Shown here: one piece after another, positions 1 to 10,860 of the stretch
Layout of the letters: each line of letters opens with the position of its first letter
How positions within the stretch are numbered: the stretch's first letter is position 1
From: a virus
Lineage: Duplodnaviria; Caudoviricetes
Reading direction: 5' to 3' (one strand)
DNA length: 64,000 bases
IMG/VR virus record: IMGVR_UViG_3300027917_004314
The notes under the pieces: model-generated
The model's database searches: none
What the model saw: only the letters and a program-made list of their open reading frames with translations
What the model was told of the DNA's origin: nothing
Translations under genes and position numbers: made by a program

Positions 1-147
1 CTTAAAAAATATCGTAAACGGGACCAGAAGGCGGATGATCTTGGATCTGCGGCCTTGAAAGCGATTCAAGATTTTATAGATTACTGGAAACTATTACAAA
101 AAGGCAAAGAGAGAAGGACTAAAGCTAAAAAAAGGAAAGGCAAATGA
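1..147 (+). CDS. 3' end of upstream hypothetical protein (partial)
   Basis: Open frame 1 from window edge (LKKYRKRD...KRKGK) ending TGA 145-147; next gene starts at 157. Confidence 0.6.
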   Translation, partial: LKKYRKRDQKADDLGSAALKAIQDFIDYWKLLQKGKERRTKAKKRKGK

Positions 148-156
148 CGAGGACAC

Positions 157-801
157 ATGGAACATAAGTGTGCATTCATTAGACGAGACGTAGATGGGAT
201 TAGACAATGCCCATTCGGGCTGCCTATTACACAAGCATGTGCGCATGCCGGTGACTCTGTGTCTTATATGTGCCCTTTAGAAACAATGCCGAAGGAAAAG
301 AGGGTGCTTGTAGAAAAGGCTAACAAAAGAGTATATGTTCACTACAAGACCGATTCCAGATGCTTGTATGCGTCTCACATTATAAAAAACAAAAATACAG
401 TGAATTGTAATTTTGGTGATACCGGTGCCGGCATGCAAGTTCCTACTTTTAGTGGGAGTCCATTATATCCACAAACATTTAGTGGGATTGGCCTTGATGG
501 ATTATACGCTTTTCCGCTTGGCTTCTACGCTGATAATAATGAGAGCCGGAATCTATTTCAAGGACTCTTTTCTCTTGTGGGTGGTAATACATACGATATT
601 ATTAAGGAAGCTTTTACGACAGATGATTTATTAAAATCTATCGCGAATAAACTTGAAAATAAAGAGCCACTTACTACTGAAGAGCAGTTATATTTAACGC
701 AGTATGTTTCTAGATGTAGACAAGATTATGAGCAGCGCAGGACTGATTCTGCAAAAGCATATGAATTAGCAGAAAAATGGAATCCAAGGAAGAGACTTTA
801 A
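157..801 (+). CDS. Hypothetical Cys-rich protein
   Basis: 214-aa ORF, GAGGA RBS, several spaced Cys in N-half, IIKEA motif. Confidence 0.75.
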   Translation: MEHKCAFIRRDVDGIRQCPFGLPITQACAHAGDSVSYMCPLETMPKEKRVLVEKANKRVYVHYKTDSRCLYASHIIKNKNTVNCNFGDTGAGMQVPTFSGSPLYPQTFSGIGLDGLYAFPLGFYADNNESRNLFQGLFSLVGGNTYDIIKEAFTTDDLLKSIANKLENKEPLTTEEQLYLTQYVSRCRQDYEQRRTDSAKAYELAEKWNPRKRL

Positions 802-822
802 ATATGGAGGCGCAGGAATAAC

Positions 823-1236
823 ATGGAGTTTGGGAGTGCTGCGATTACCGCTTTATTTGTAGGATTAATATGGACTCTTATTAAAGTCGTGGAGTTTTTT
901 GTTAGTGGCAAAAAACGAGGTATGACGCCAGAACAAGAGGAAATTTTGCGTCAAATAAATAGACATGTCAACAATTTGCATGAAATGCATTCTGTTTTTG
1001 ATGACAACCATGTTCCAAAGTGGTATGTCCCGGGAGAGTTGTTGACATTAATCAGAGAAACGCGTAGCACATTGGATGATTTGTCGCGCGAGTTAGATGA
1101 TTCTATGGACAAAATCGCTTCGGGCCAAGCATCATCTGTGCAGAAAATATCAGATTTGATAAACTCTCAAAAGCTTATGACCGAAAGACTTGGTGACTTA
1201 GTTACACTATGGTCAAAGCTTGGAAACTCAAAATGA
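823..1236 (+). CDS. Membrane-anchored coiled-coil protein (holin/spanin-like possible)
   Basis: N-terminal hydrophobic helix AAITALFVGLIWTLIKVVEFFV followed by KKR and a heptad-rich C-terminus. Confidence 0.6.
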   Translation: MEFGSAAITALFVGLIWTLIKVVEFFVSGKKRGMTPEQEEILRQINRHVNNLHEMHSVFDDNHVPKWYVPGELLTLIRETRSTLDDLSRELDDSMDKIASGQASSVQKISDLINSQKLMTERLGDLVTLWSKLGNSK

Positions 1237-1475
1237 CGGAGGATAAAGCGGTGACTTCGAACGCTAAAACCGGAATGATCTTGGAATCATATGAAATATC
1301 TATCGAGGCAGAAGAACGTCCGGCAGTCGTAAATATAATATATTTTGAAGAAGCTTTAGATACAGAGATCGCTAAGCTGCTGGAGATGCAAGCCATGGTA
1401 ATTAATAAAATAAAAAAAATATTGAATGGTAAGAACGGGGAAATCCGTACAACGGAGGACGTAAACAATGAGTAA
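1233..1475 (+). CDS. Hypothetical protein
   Basis: ATGA overlap with previous stop; overlaps next gene start; tight operon packing. Confidence 0.6.
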   Translation: MTEDKAVTSNAKTGMILESYEISIEAEERPAVVNIIYFEEALDTEIAKLLEMQAMVINKIKKILNGKNGEIRTTEDVNNE

Positions 1476-2259
1476 AGAAGAGGGACTTTTCACCGTTGCA
1501 GAAGATGAGAAACTTGAGAAAGAAATTATTTCTGTCGCAGAAGAAGAGCTAAAGGTAGAGGGCGACGTGCCCCATACTGAACCGACGTATAGAGTTCAAA
1601 CACCTCATCAAGAGAGTCCGGCATCTGACAAACCGAAAAGCTATCGGGAAACCAAAGATGTGAAACAATTTATGGATTTTTTGAAATCTGAGATGGCCAG
1701 GATTCCTGCGTTTGAGGCAGCTAGAGGAAATCAGTCTTTAATGGAAAGGAGCCTTGGCCAATGGAAATCACTAGATGGCCACTGCTCACAGGCCTTGAGG
1801 GGCGATTATGATGGCACCATTGATGTCGAAACTCTTGACAAAGCTAGACAGTTCATAGAGTCTACCATTGATGCTTTAGAAGATGCTCTACATGCTATGA
1901 CAGAAATGAAAAGATCTCGTAAAAAGCAACGCAGGCGTCGCGGCGAAGCCGATCATGATATGACCAAAGAGGCTACTGCACCACATTTTAGTGGTTTCCA
2001 GATGGTCATTACGCCGTTTCAGAGAGCTATTGTTGGTTCTTTAATAAATGGCAAGGTTTCTGGCGGCAGAAACATGGAGGAGCTGTACGAGGAAGCCACC
2101 AAGAAATATAAGCTAAATGATCGCGAGCAGCTCGAAATACTTGCCATTTTGGCCGACTTTGGCTATCCTATTTTCAAGGATAGGCTAAGGGTGGGAGATA
2201 GTGAAGATCCTTCTCGTGCCGAAGGATTCGGTGAATGGCAGAGTCAATATCAAGCTTAA
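1468..2259 (+). CDS. Hypothetical head-associated protein
   Basis: 263-aa ORF, GGAGG RBS, MTKEA motif preceding a conserved-looking C-terminal domain. Confidence 0.75.
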   Translation: MSKEEGLFTVAEDEKLEKEIISVAEEELKVEGDVPHTEPTYRVQTPHQESPASDKPKSYRETKDVKQFMDFLKSEMARIPAFEAARGNQSLMERSLGQWKSLDGHCSQALRGDYDGTIDVETLDKARQFIESTIDALEDALHAMTEMKRSRKKQRRRRGEADHDMTKEATAPHFSGFQMVITPFQRAIVGSLINGKVSGGRNMEELYEEATKKYKLNDREQLEILAILADFGYPIFKDRLRVGDSEDPSRAEGFGEWQSQYQA

Positions 2260-2286
2260 ATTTTTTTGAAAACGGAGATACACGAA

Positions 2287-4863
2287 ATGCCTTCAAAATA
2301 TGATCGTGAGTATGCTCGTGATATTCCACTACCAGACTGGCTAAAGGAATTTGCCGATAGCAACTTAGATAAAAGTGGCACCACCATCGAGGATATTAAA
2401 AACCTTTTCCACACGAAGAATGAACTAGACTCTGTAGAGGCTAGGGTAGAAGAACTTCGAGAAAGGGTCGGATTAGACGCCATAGAAAAAACAGCTGCAA
2501 AACAAAAAGAACTAATTCCTGGAGGGTTTGCAGAAGGCCAGCCTGATGAGAAATATGATAAAGAGCAGCTTGGTAAAGGTATAGGCGTCGAAATGGAGCA
2601 CACGCCGGATTGGGAAGTTGCAAAAGAGATAACAAAAGATCATCTAGAAGAGTCCGAAGATTTTAAAGATGGTGAGGGTGGAAAATATTACGACAAGCTC
2701 GATAAGGCAGAAGAAGAGATTAAGAAAGAAGTTGATAAAAAGAAGGCTTTGCGTATACAGCGGCTGATTACTTTGGCGGATTATTTAGACGAAGAGGGAT
2801 GTGTTAATGGTGCTAAATATATAGACACCTTAATACGTAAGCTTGCCGACATGGAGCGTCTGCCAATCATGGCTGATCCCATATTATGGTCGGACGAACA
2901 ATTATTAGAAGTTGTTAATACTCCTGGTCTTAGTGAAATGGCAGCCAAGAAGCAGGTACCACCAAGCACTGCAGAAGGAAAGGAAAAAAGTTTACTGCAA
3001 GCAGTCGTGGATGAGATTAATAAAAGAAATATTGCTCAGGGCTTAAAACCGCCGAATGTAGAAGCATGGAGAGAACGAGGATATTGGCTGCTTTATGGTC
3101 TAAATGGACAGTTATTGGGTATTTATAATAATGATAGTAAGGCTCAGATGGCCAAATCTAAATTAGCTGATATGTTTGCTGCGGGACAAAGTTTTAATAT
3201 GATAGGCGGTGAATATATGCCCTATCTTATACAGTATATCGCAGAAAAGGCTCTTAGTGCTGTTGCACCTGAAGGGGATGATGATAAGCGAGAGGCTTTT
3301 TTCTTTTCTGCGGAAGCTGCAGATATCCATGATGATGCCGCAGAGAAAGCACGTGAACTTTTAACTGATCCAGGACTCGCGCGCAAAAGAAAGGAGCATG
3401 CTGAAAAGCAAATACAAATTGTAAAAACGCCTTGGCATTTTGAGGAATATATAGACCCCAAAGCGATTCCAGAAGGTCAGATACCTACTGATGAAAATGC
3501 AGACGCTGCTTTCGAGAGTACTAAAAAGTTTAATTTGGACCCCCAAAATAATGAGCTGCCAATAGTAAGACCAAATATACATGACACTCAAAGACCAGGG
3601 AGAAAAGAGTTTGTTAAAGATTATGAACGTGAAATTGTTCAGAAATATCGCAGAAAAGAGAAGGGTCTTCCTACAAGCAAAGAGGAAAGTACGGATGATG
3701 GTTTCGAGTTGTCTTGTCGTCATGGATTTAGGCTATCCAAAAGGGCAATTAAATGGTATGCTCCAAAAGAAACAAGTCCTGTGGTTGGGCCATGGCAGAG
3801 TTATAAGTTGCCGCCAGGTGCTGGCACAACGCTTGAACCTATTTCTGAAGAAGAAATGTGGAGAAGGGAACAGGCTAAAAAGCCTCAAGTGGTAGAACCA
3901 GAGCCAAGAGAAACGAAAGAGCCTGAGGCAGAACCAGAGGAAGAGCCGGAAAGCACCATGTCATCGTGGTATTTAATGGCAGCATTTGGACAAGGACTTG
4001 GTTGGTTTAAGGAGAAACAGCATGCAGAAGATGCCAAGTGGGCGGTTGTTAACCAGTTTTCTGATCTCGATATAGATAAGTCGGGCAAAAGCGTATTGTT
4101 CAATTGTTTTAAGGATTATCTACAAAATCTGTGGAATCGCCAAATAACAAACTCCCACGTAAAAACGGAGTTAATAAATTTTGTTAACAGCACTACCAAC
4201 CAGGTATACATTGATGAAAGGGATTTAGCAGGACAAAAAGCGGTACAAATTTATGAAATTGTGGAGCACGCATTTGCACCACGTGGTGGGATATATGGAG
4301 AAGATGAACACCCAACTGGAGATTATATCGATTTAGCCGTGATTGCACTTAAAGGATTAGGCAGCCAATACGAACGAACACATCCTCTTTATCAAGTGCC
4401 AGCGGATGCTGAAGATGCTATAAGCGCAAGTGCTGAAAATGGCGAGAGAGTTATACAGGAAGTAATTAGGTGGGCTGAAAGAAGAGCCGGTCATTCTGCG
4501 ACCGCGCCATCTTATACTGATGATAATGTAATAAAAGCATTCTATTTGTCAAAACGTGCAAAAGAGAAGAGCATTTTCGAGCAATTCCCGAAGCTAGAAA
4601 CCTTTGTCCGAAATGTTTGTCGTTCTCGCGGCGGCTATGTAGAACTTCCGGCCATACAAACAATGATTAGAAATGAAAGACCAGAGAACATAGATGTACA
4701 TAATAAGGAACTAGTTGAGTTTATCAAAAAGTGTCTAAAAGAAAATAAACAAGAAGTTCAAGACGATAACACACACGATGGCGAGTTTGTATCTGAAATA
4801 AGGATGTATGATGATGATGGAAACAGAACTGTCTTTTACGAGCCACCTAGCGATATTATATAG
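2287..4863 (+). CDS. Internal head protein with DUF5661-like domain, helical-hairpin tag and two FxLSKRA motifs
   Basis: GGAG RBS before ATG 2287; GIGVEMEH...AKEITKDHL...YYDKL resembles DUF5661; LITLADYLDEEG tag at 2764; FRLSKRA 3727, FYLSKRA 4540. Confidence 0.7.
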   Translation: MPSKYDREYARDIPLPDWLKEFADSNLDKSGTTIEDIKNLFHTKNELDSVEARVEELRERVGLDAIEKTAAKQKELIPGGFAEGQPDEKYDKEQLGKGIGVEMEHTPDWEVAKEITKDHLEESEDFKDGEGGKYYDKLDKAEEEIKKEVDKKKALRIQRLITLADYLDEEGCVNGAKYIDTLIRKLADMERLPIMADPILWSDEQLLEVVNTPGLSEMAAKKQVPPSTAEGKEKSLLQAVVDEINKRNIAQGLKPPNVEAWRERGYWLLYGLNGQLLGIYNNDSKAQMAKSKLADMFAAGQSFNMIGGEYMPYLIQYIAEKALSAVAPEGDDDKREAFFFSAEAADIHDDAAEKARELLTDPGLARKRKEHAEKQIQIVKTPWHFEEYIDPKAIPEGQIPTDENADAAFESTKKFNLDPQNNELPIVRPNIHDTQRPGRKEFVKDYEREIVQKYRRKEKGLPTSKEESTDDGFELSCRHGFRLSKRAIKWYAPKETSPVVGPWQSYKLPPGAGTTLEPISEEEMWRREQAKKPQVVEPEPRETKEPEAEPEEEPESTMSSWYLMAAFGQGLGWFKEKQHAEDAKWAVVNQFSDLDIDKSGKSVLFNCFKDYLQNLWNRQITNSHVKTELINFVNSTTNQVYIDERDLAGQKAVQIYEIVEHAFAPRGGIYGEDEHPTGDYIDLAVIALKGLGSQYERTHPLYQVPADAEDAISASAENGERVIQEVIRWAERRAGHSATAPSYTDDNVIKAFYLSKRAKEKSIFEQFPKLETFVRNVCRSRGGYVELPAIQTMIRNERPENIDVHNKELVEFIKKCLKENKQEVQDDNTHDGEFVSEIRMYDDDGNRTVFYEPPSDII

Positions 4864-4865
4864 TC

Positions 4866-6719
4866 ATGGCATTTAAACAAAAAAGAAACGCTTTAGACGA
4901 CTGGAAACCAGAAAATAGTTTTGATTCTCTTAAGAGAGAATTTATGAAGGTCGATCCAGTTACTTTTGCAGAGACTTTCCTCACTCTTGATGGAAAGCCT
5001 TTTCGTATTACGGGCAACGGATGGAAATTCATAGCGGATATATATAGACATATCTCTGTGGTTTCAATGTCGAATGAAGGTAAGCCGGTCGTAATAGTGA
5101 AAGGCAGACAGGTCGGCGCGACAACCATGGCGTCTGCCATGGAATTGCACATGGTGGCAAGCGGAACATACGGAAGAAACGGACAACCTCCTGTTAGGGT
5201 AATGCATGCGTTTCCACAGTTGGAAATGATGCACGGCTTTGCCAAAGATAAGCTGGAAAAAATGATTTTAGAATCAATACAAATTCCAGATTTTGATGAC
5301 AAACATAGTCCAGGCAAAATGAAACCCTTCATTAATGCTCAGAAGGATTCGGCTAGAGACGCCACTGATGCACTGCGATATAAACAATTCAAGTATGGAA
5401 ATACTTTGTGGTGCGAATCAATAGGTAACGAGGGGACGAGAGTTATAGGTAGAACTTTTGACGTTTGTTTCTTCGACGAAGTCCAAGATATGAGCGAGGT
5501 GGCAATAGCCAAGACAATCAAGTGCCTTACTCGCGCTCAACACGGACCACAGCCTGGTGGGGTGCAAGTATTTTTTGGTACCCCAAGACAAAAGGGAACT
5601 TTATTCCATAGAATGTGGGAAGACTCAGATCAGCGCAGATATTATTTAAAATGTGCTGATTGCAAAAATTATTTCCTATTGTATACTCCTGGCTCTGACA
5701 AATGGGAAGAAGAAATTTGGTTATATGAAAATATAGTAAAATGTCCCAGCTGCGGCCATGAACAAGATAAAGTTATGGCGATTGAACATGGCAAATGGCT
5801 CCCTACGCCGGGCAAAGAAGATTCTAACTACATAGGTTTTCATTTTAATCAGCTATTTATTCCAGAATTTACTAAAGAAGTGATAGTAAAGGAAAAGCCT
5901 GAGCATAACACTAGAAACTCAGAAATGATTTTCAACAATGAAGTGCTCGGGGAGTTTCATTCTGGTGCCGGCCTTCCCATCACATTTGAAGAAATTTATC
6001 GGATGTGTAAAGATCAAGACCGTTCAGTACCAAAATTCATACCGAAGGGGGAAAGGCTTTCATACCTCGGTATGGACTGGGGAGGTAAACCAGACATAGA
6101 CAACGTTAAGAGAGGTCAATCTTTTTCTTGTGGCGTTGTGTTGACCGTAGACCATGACGAGAGATATCTCGTAGAATTCGGAGAAAAACTGAAACGATTG
6201 GATCGTGAAAGTAAGATGAGTTTTGTTGATGAAATGTTTCGCATATACGGCGTTAAGAACGCTATGGGCGATATTGGCTTTGCAGAAGACATTACTAACG
6301 ACCTCAAAATGAAGTATGGCGAGAAATATAAAAGTGTTAGGAGTTCCGGGATGGTTTCTGGTGGTGTAAAATATAATAGAGATGAATTAGAAATAGTGGT
6401 AGACAAAGATAAAATTATTGGAGAAGTCTTTGAATTGCTGAGGAGAGGCAGAATTAGATTTCCTTGGGCAAGTTATGAAAAAATTGCGTGGCTGATTAGA
6501 CATTGTTGCTCTATGGAAAGCAAAATCGTCACTAGACAGGGTCAGCCGCATCAGACATATATGAAGGGCAAAGAACAAAACGACGGACTTATGGCACTGA
6601 TTTACGCTTATTTGGCTTACAAATTTGATAAAACTCGTGGTTTTAAAGTAAATCCGAACGTGCCCAGCAGCACTATATTTCCAAAACCAGTTCTTGCATA
6701 TATACCAAAAAATATATAG
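4866..6719 (+). CDS. terL: Terminase large subunit
   Basis: Walker A-like VKGRQVGATT, Walker B FFDEVQD, GTP coupling motif, CxxC..CxxC zinc site, RNase H-like GMDWGG nuclease motif. Confidence 0.93.
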   Translation: MAFKQKRNALDDWKPENSFDSLKREFMKVDPVTFAETFLTLDGKPFRITGNGWKFIADIYRHISVVSMSNEGKPVVIVKGRQVGATTMASAMELHMVASGTYGRNGQPPVRVMHAFPQLEMMHGFAKDKLEKMILESIQIPDFDDKHSPGKMKPFINAQKDSARDATDALRYKQFKYGNTLWCESIGNEGTRVIGRTFDVCFFDEVQDMSEVAIAKTIKCLTRAQHGPQPGGVQVFFGTPRQKGTLFHRMWEDSDQRRYYLKCADCKNYFLLYTPGSDKWEEEIWLYENIVKCPSCGHEQDKVMAIEHGKWLPTPGKEDSNYIGFHFNQLFIPEFTKEVIVKEKPEHNTRNSEMIFNNEVLGEFHSGAGLPITFEEIYRMCKDQDRSVPKFIPKGERLSYLGMDWGGKPDIDNVKRGQSFSCGVVLTVDHDERYLVEFGEKLKRLDRESKMSFVDEMFRIYGVKNAMGDIGFAEDITNDLKMKYGEKYKSVRSSGMVSGGVKYNRDELEIVVDKDKIIGEVFELLRRGRIRFPWASYEKIAWLIRHCCSMESKIVTRQGQPHQTYMKGKEQNDGLMALIYAYLAYKFDKTRGFKVNPNVPSSTIFPKPVLAYIPKNI

Positions 6720-6728
6720 AGGTGACTA

Positions 6729-8750
6729 ATGGTAAATAGAAGGAATGATCGAAAACCCGCTAAGATTAGGGTGACGCCAAGAAGGGCTGCTGACGTTACG
6801 GAGTATAGAAAGGCCGAACTTTCAACAGATGTAGACAATGGGATTATATCAGAAGGTACGAGTTATGCCGGTAGTCGACTTAACAGGAGTAATCCTACAG
6901 TTGAGAATGCGCCGCTTGACAGTGATAGGCTAAATCGTGGTGCATGGCTTTCGTCTGGAGACAAGACGATTACCGAAACAAGGAAGAAAGTTAGTTTGAT
7001 TAATGGCGGTGCATCAAAAACTGCCGTTGGTGCTGTTGCACATAGTGATACATATTTGAAAACAGCTGCAGCAGAAGCAGCCAGAGAGTTACAAAAAACC
7101 GCTGCCTCTGTTGGATCTGTAGGTGGAACGGCAGGCACCTCTGCGGGGAGCACTGTAGAGAGACTTGCCCCAGAAGTTTATAGTCCGCTATTCACTATGG
7201 CAAATCTTAATTTGCCTCGTGATAGGATAACTATCAATGCCTGGTGCAGAAATTTTTTCTTATTGCATCCAATAGTAAGAAACGCAATTACATTACATGC
7301 AACATATCCTATCAGCAAATTAAATATAAAATGCCAGGATAAAAGGGTACTTCAATTTCACGAAGACATGATAGAGGAAATGGATTTGATGGGCGCGCTT
7401 GGAGATATTTCTCTCGAGTACTGGAAATTGGGCGAATGTTTCCCATACGCCGAGCTAGATGAAGAAAGAGGAAAATGGTCCAAGATCGTAGTTCAGAACC
7501 CGGACTATGTTCATGTGAAGAAAACTGTACTATCAGGTGATCCCATTATATCGCTAAAGCCTGATGCTGTACTCCAGCGTCTTGTAATGAGCAATAATCC
7601 TGCAGACATGCGACTTAGAAGACAGATTCCGGAGAAAATTATCTATCACGTTAGAGCGCGCCAAGATATACCGCTTGATAACTTTAATGTCTCTCATCTA
7701 AAGTTGCTTTCTAGTCCATACGATGTGAGAGGTACAAGCATTATAGTTAGTGCATTTAAAGACCTCATGCTCTATGACAAAATTCGTGAATCCAAATTTG
7801 CACAAGCGGACTCAATGATTAATCCTATTACACTCATTAAAGTGGGTGGCAACGAAGATGGCGACTATAGAGCAACGCAAGAGGATTTAGAGTTCTTCCG
7901 TGAAATTTTTGAAGAAGCCGAGTATGATAAGAATTTCAAGCTTATTACGCATGCCGGCGTAAAAGTAGAGCGTGTTGGTTATACTGGACAAGTATTAGAA
8001 ATTTCTGGAGATATGGAACTTATTATCAAAAACATTTATACTGGTTTGATGGTTCCTCCGGCAGTCGTTGACACTGAAAGTGCTGTTTACGCATCTGCTT
8101 CTATCGGCTTGGAAGTGTTAAGGCAAAGGTATTTCAATTTTAGAAATATGATGGCCAAGTGGCTTGTAAATAAGATTTTTGCTCCTATTAGTGAAATTCA
8201 AGGTTTTTACGAGTATAAAAACAAAGAGAAAAGATTAATAGTTCCAGAAGTAGAGTGGAATCATATGAATCTCTATGATCTACAAGACTATATTTCAAAT
8301 ATTACTGGCATGGTAAGCTCGAAACAGGCCTCTGTTCAAACTTTGTACCGCAGCATGGGGCTTAACTATGAGGATGAGAAAATAAAGATGCGACAAGAAT
8401 CCATTGACGAAGCCATACGCAGAAGGGAAGAGATGGCTCTTGGAACTATGACACTTACTGAATTGCGTTCGCTGGATCCAGAAAAGCCAATTATGGAAGC
8501 CATTGATTCTAGGGAACGAGAAGCTGAGCCTGCTGTTCCACCAGAAGCTGGTATGCCGGCGGGCGTTATGCCGCCGGGAGCCGAGATGGGAGCTGGTCCG
8601 TTGGGAGGTCTGCCAGAACTTGCTCCTCCGCCAGGAGGAGCGTTGGAAACGCCCCCAGGTGCGGGAGCCCCTCCAGGTGCTGGAGTTACACCGCCACTAG
8701 GGCCTGGAACCCCTGGCGGAGCAGGTGGGCCAGGCGGGCTAGGTGTATAG
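6729..8750 (+). CDS. Portal protein
   Basis: Immediately after terL; HPIVRNAI, GECFPY, SPYDVRGTSII segments typical of portals; Pro/Gly low-complexity tail. Confidence 0.85.
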   Translation: MVNRRNDRKPAKIRVTPRRAADVTEYRKAELSTDVDNGIISEGTSYAGSRLNRSNPTVENAPLDSDRLNRGAWLSSGDKTITETRKKVSLINGGASKTAVGAVAHSDTYLKTAAAEAARELQKTAASVGSVGGTAGTSAGSTVERLAPEVYSPLFTMANLNLPRDRITINAWCRNFFLLHPIVRNAITLHATYPISKLNIKCQDKRVLQFHEDMIEEMDLMGALGDISLEYWKLGECFPYAELDEERGKWSKIVVQNPDYVHVKKTVLSGDPIISLKPDAVLQRLVMSNNPADMRLRRQIPEKIIYHVRARQDIPLDNFNVSHLKLLSSPYDVRGTSIIVSAFKDLMLYDKIRESKFAQADSMINPITLIKVGGNEDGDYRATQEDLEFFREIFEEAEYDKNFKLITHAGVKVERVGYTGQVLEISGDMELIIKNIYTGLMVPPAVVDTESAVYASASIGLEVLRQRYFNFRNMMAKWLVNKIFAPISEIQGFYEYKNKEKRLIVPEVEWNHMNLYDLQDYISNITGMVSSKQASVQTLYRSMGLNYEDEKIKMRQESIDEAIRRREEMALGTMTLTELRSLDPEKPIMEAIDSREREAEPAVPPEAGMPAGVMPPGAEMGAGPLGGLPELAPPPGGALETPPGAGAPPGAGVTPPLGPGTPGGAGGPGGLGV

Positions 8751-8800
8751 ATGGTAGCAATTTTGAATATTATGAGGAAAAGGGATATTAAGGGTGAAAT

Positions 8801-9070
8801 ATGAAAAAGGAAGATGTAAATTTCAAAAAAGATTGTCAGAAATATCATGACTCAGTGTGTACGCTACTGAAACAAGGAAAAGTAAAAGAATCTAATGAGT
8901 TAATTGATAAAATAAGCAATTATCTTCGCCAATGGGAAGATTTTCAAAGGTCAGTATATATAAAAGTTAATGCTCTTAAATCTCTATATGCTGCTGTTGT
9001 TTTTGAACAAAGAAAAGCCGTTGAGAAAATTATAAAAGCTGGAGGCGACAGGAATAATGACCAAGAGTAA
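8801..9070 (+). CDS. Hypothetical protein
   Basis: 89-aa ORF with RBS-like AAGGGTG, overlaps next start. Confidence 0.6.
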   Translation: MKKEDVNFKKDCQKYHDSVCTLLKQGKVKESNELIDKISNYLRQWEDFQRSVYIKVNALKSLYAAVVFEQRKAVEKIIKAGGDRNNDQE

Positions 9071-10853
9071 AAATCCAGATGTACCTTCTGTAAAAGAGGC
9101 TGTTATGCTAGCAGACCTATTTGACAGTGTCGGGGAATATGAGACTGCCGCATTGTTGGATGAGTTTGTCAAACACGCCATGTCTGATGATATCATGAAA
9201 CAAGCGGGGTTTTGGTCTAACATTTTGAAACGCCTCAAGGGTAGATCTAAGAGAATTTTCTTCTCGGTGTATAGAGAACTTCATGATAAAGCAAAAGATG
9301 CACAAGAAGAACTTGATGCCGAAGTCAAAAGAATCAATGAGGATTTTAAGAGTGTTAAAAAACATCTTAAATTATATGAGTTAGTGGATTGGCGTTATGA
9401 AGCGCAAAAACTGGGCCTGGCAAACGTAGAGGAGATCATGTCTGGCTACGACCAAGCCTACGCTAAACTAATAGGGTTCTTTGACGTTCATAAAAAACCT
9501 GATGAAGAAATTTCCGAGGAAGAAAAACCAGAAGAAAAATTATCACCTATTGAAAAGTTACCTGGAAAACCTACAGGAAGACGCATACCTGGTGCAGAGG
9601 AGGGGTGGGTTAGGTTGGATCCACGTACTGCATCAATTCAGAAGAATGAGGAGACGGGTGACTTAAGAATCGATTTTGACAAGTTTCAAGACTATTTAGG
9701 AATCCATTTGGGTATGCCAGCGAAAAATAAAGTTAGATTTGTAGAACATCGCGGCAAATTGGGCAGACTTGAAGATTTAAAAGAGTTTATGGGAACTGAT
9801 ATCTGGAACATTATAAAAACTGATGATAAGTGGGTGTATTTATCTAAGACAGAACCAATCGTACCAGAGGAAGTGGCTATCGAGCCTGAAGAAGAAGAGG
9901 AAGTTGAAAGCCCATTTGATATAGTACCAACACTAGAACCGGAAAAAGAAGTGCCGGAAAAAAAGGTCACAAAAGAAAAACCGAGCCCGCCGCCGTCACC
10001 GCCGAAACCAGAAGAAGTTGCAGAAGAACGAATTGTCGAAGAAGAAGAAGAAGAGGTTCCTGAAGTGTCTGCATCATCTAAGATGGAACGGTTTATCGAA
10101 AAATATTATGATAGCAACATAACTGTAGATGGATTGTGGAAAGATATATATGGTATGATGCGCGAGGGCGTTTCGATTGATGAGGCGATAGAATCTGTCG
10201 AGGACATTTATGATTGGTATTCAGGCTTATCAGACTTGGATCGTGCCAGCATAGCGTTTGTGGCAAATAAATTGGTAAACAAGGGCGTCAGATTGTCTGA
10301 TGCACTTAGAAGACTAAAAATTAGTAAAGAGAAGGCTGAGACTTCCGAAGAGCCGGTTACAGAAGAAGAACTGGCGCCTACGAAGCCAGAAATTCCTGCC
10401 AAGCCGCCCGGTAAATCTTTTATGGAATGGTACAACTCTTTGGCACCTGAAGACCAACAGAAGGTAACCGAAGAGATTAATAGGCTGGTTGATGAAGGTC
10501 TGACTACAGAGCAAGCAAAAGAAAAGGTCCAGTCGATGGTGGCCATGCCAACCACGGAGCCAACTGCCGTGAGACCTAAAGTATGGGTAGAAAGGCCTGG
10601 CATGAGATGGCACAGTGCAGCAGCAAAGAGGGGCATGATAGGCTATGTACGAATACTTGAATCAAATGTCAAAGAGACCGACAGAATAGAGACCGACCCA
10701 GAAGTTATAGAATTTTTAAATTATCAGTCGCAGGGCAAACGTGTGGCAGCGTTGCCAGCCAACTGGCGAGAAATATTGACAGGATATCGCCAACAGCAAT
10801 CCCCAAGAACAGCACGAATGAGAAGAATAATGGAATTGCATACAACTTCATGA
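9057..10853 (+). CDS. Putative internal/ejection protein with helical-hairpin tag
   Basis: AVMLADLFDSVG...AALLDE tag at N-terminus, MKQA then amphipathic GFWSNILKRLKG, Glu/Pro-rich linkers. Confidence 0.7.
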   Translation: MTKSKNPDVPSVKEAVMLADLFDSVGEYETAALLDEFVKHAMSDDIMKQAGFWSNILKRLKGRSKRIFFSVYRELHDKAKDAQEELDAEVKRINEDFKSVKKHLKLYELVDWRYEAQKLGLANVEEIMSGYDQAYAKLIGFFDVHKKPDEEISEEEKPEEKLSPIEKLPGKPTGRRIPGAEEGWVRLDPRTASIQKNEETGDLRIDFDKFQDYLGIHLGMPAKNKVRFVEHRGKLGRLEDLKEFMGTDIWNIIKTDDKWVYLSKTEPIVPEEVAIEPEEEEEVESPFDIVPTLEPEKEVPEKKVTKEKPSPPPSPPKPEEVAEERIVEEEEEEVPEVSASSKMERFIEKYYDSNITVDGLWKDIYGMMREGVSIDEAIESVEDIYDWYSGLSDLDRASIAFVANKLVNKGVRLSDALRRLKISKEKAETSEEPVTEEELAPTKPEIPAKPPGKSFMEWYNSLAPEDQQKVTEEINRLVDEGLTTEQAKEKVQSMVAMPTTEPTAVRPKVWVERPGMRWHSAAAKRGMIGYVRILESNVKETDRIETDPEVIEFLNYQSQGKRVAALPANWREILTGYRQQQSPRTARMRRIMELHTTS

Positions 10854-10860
10854 GGGCTAT

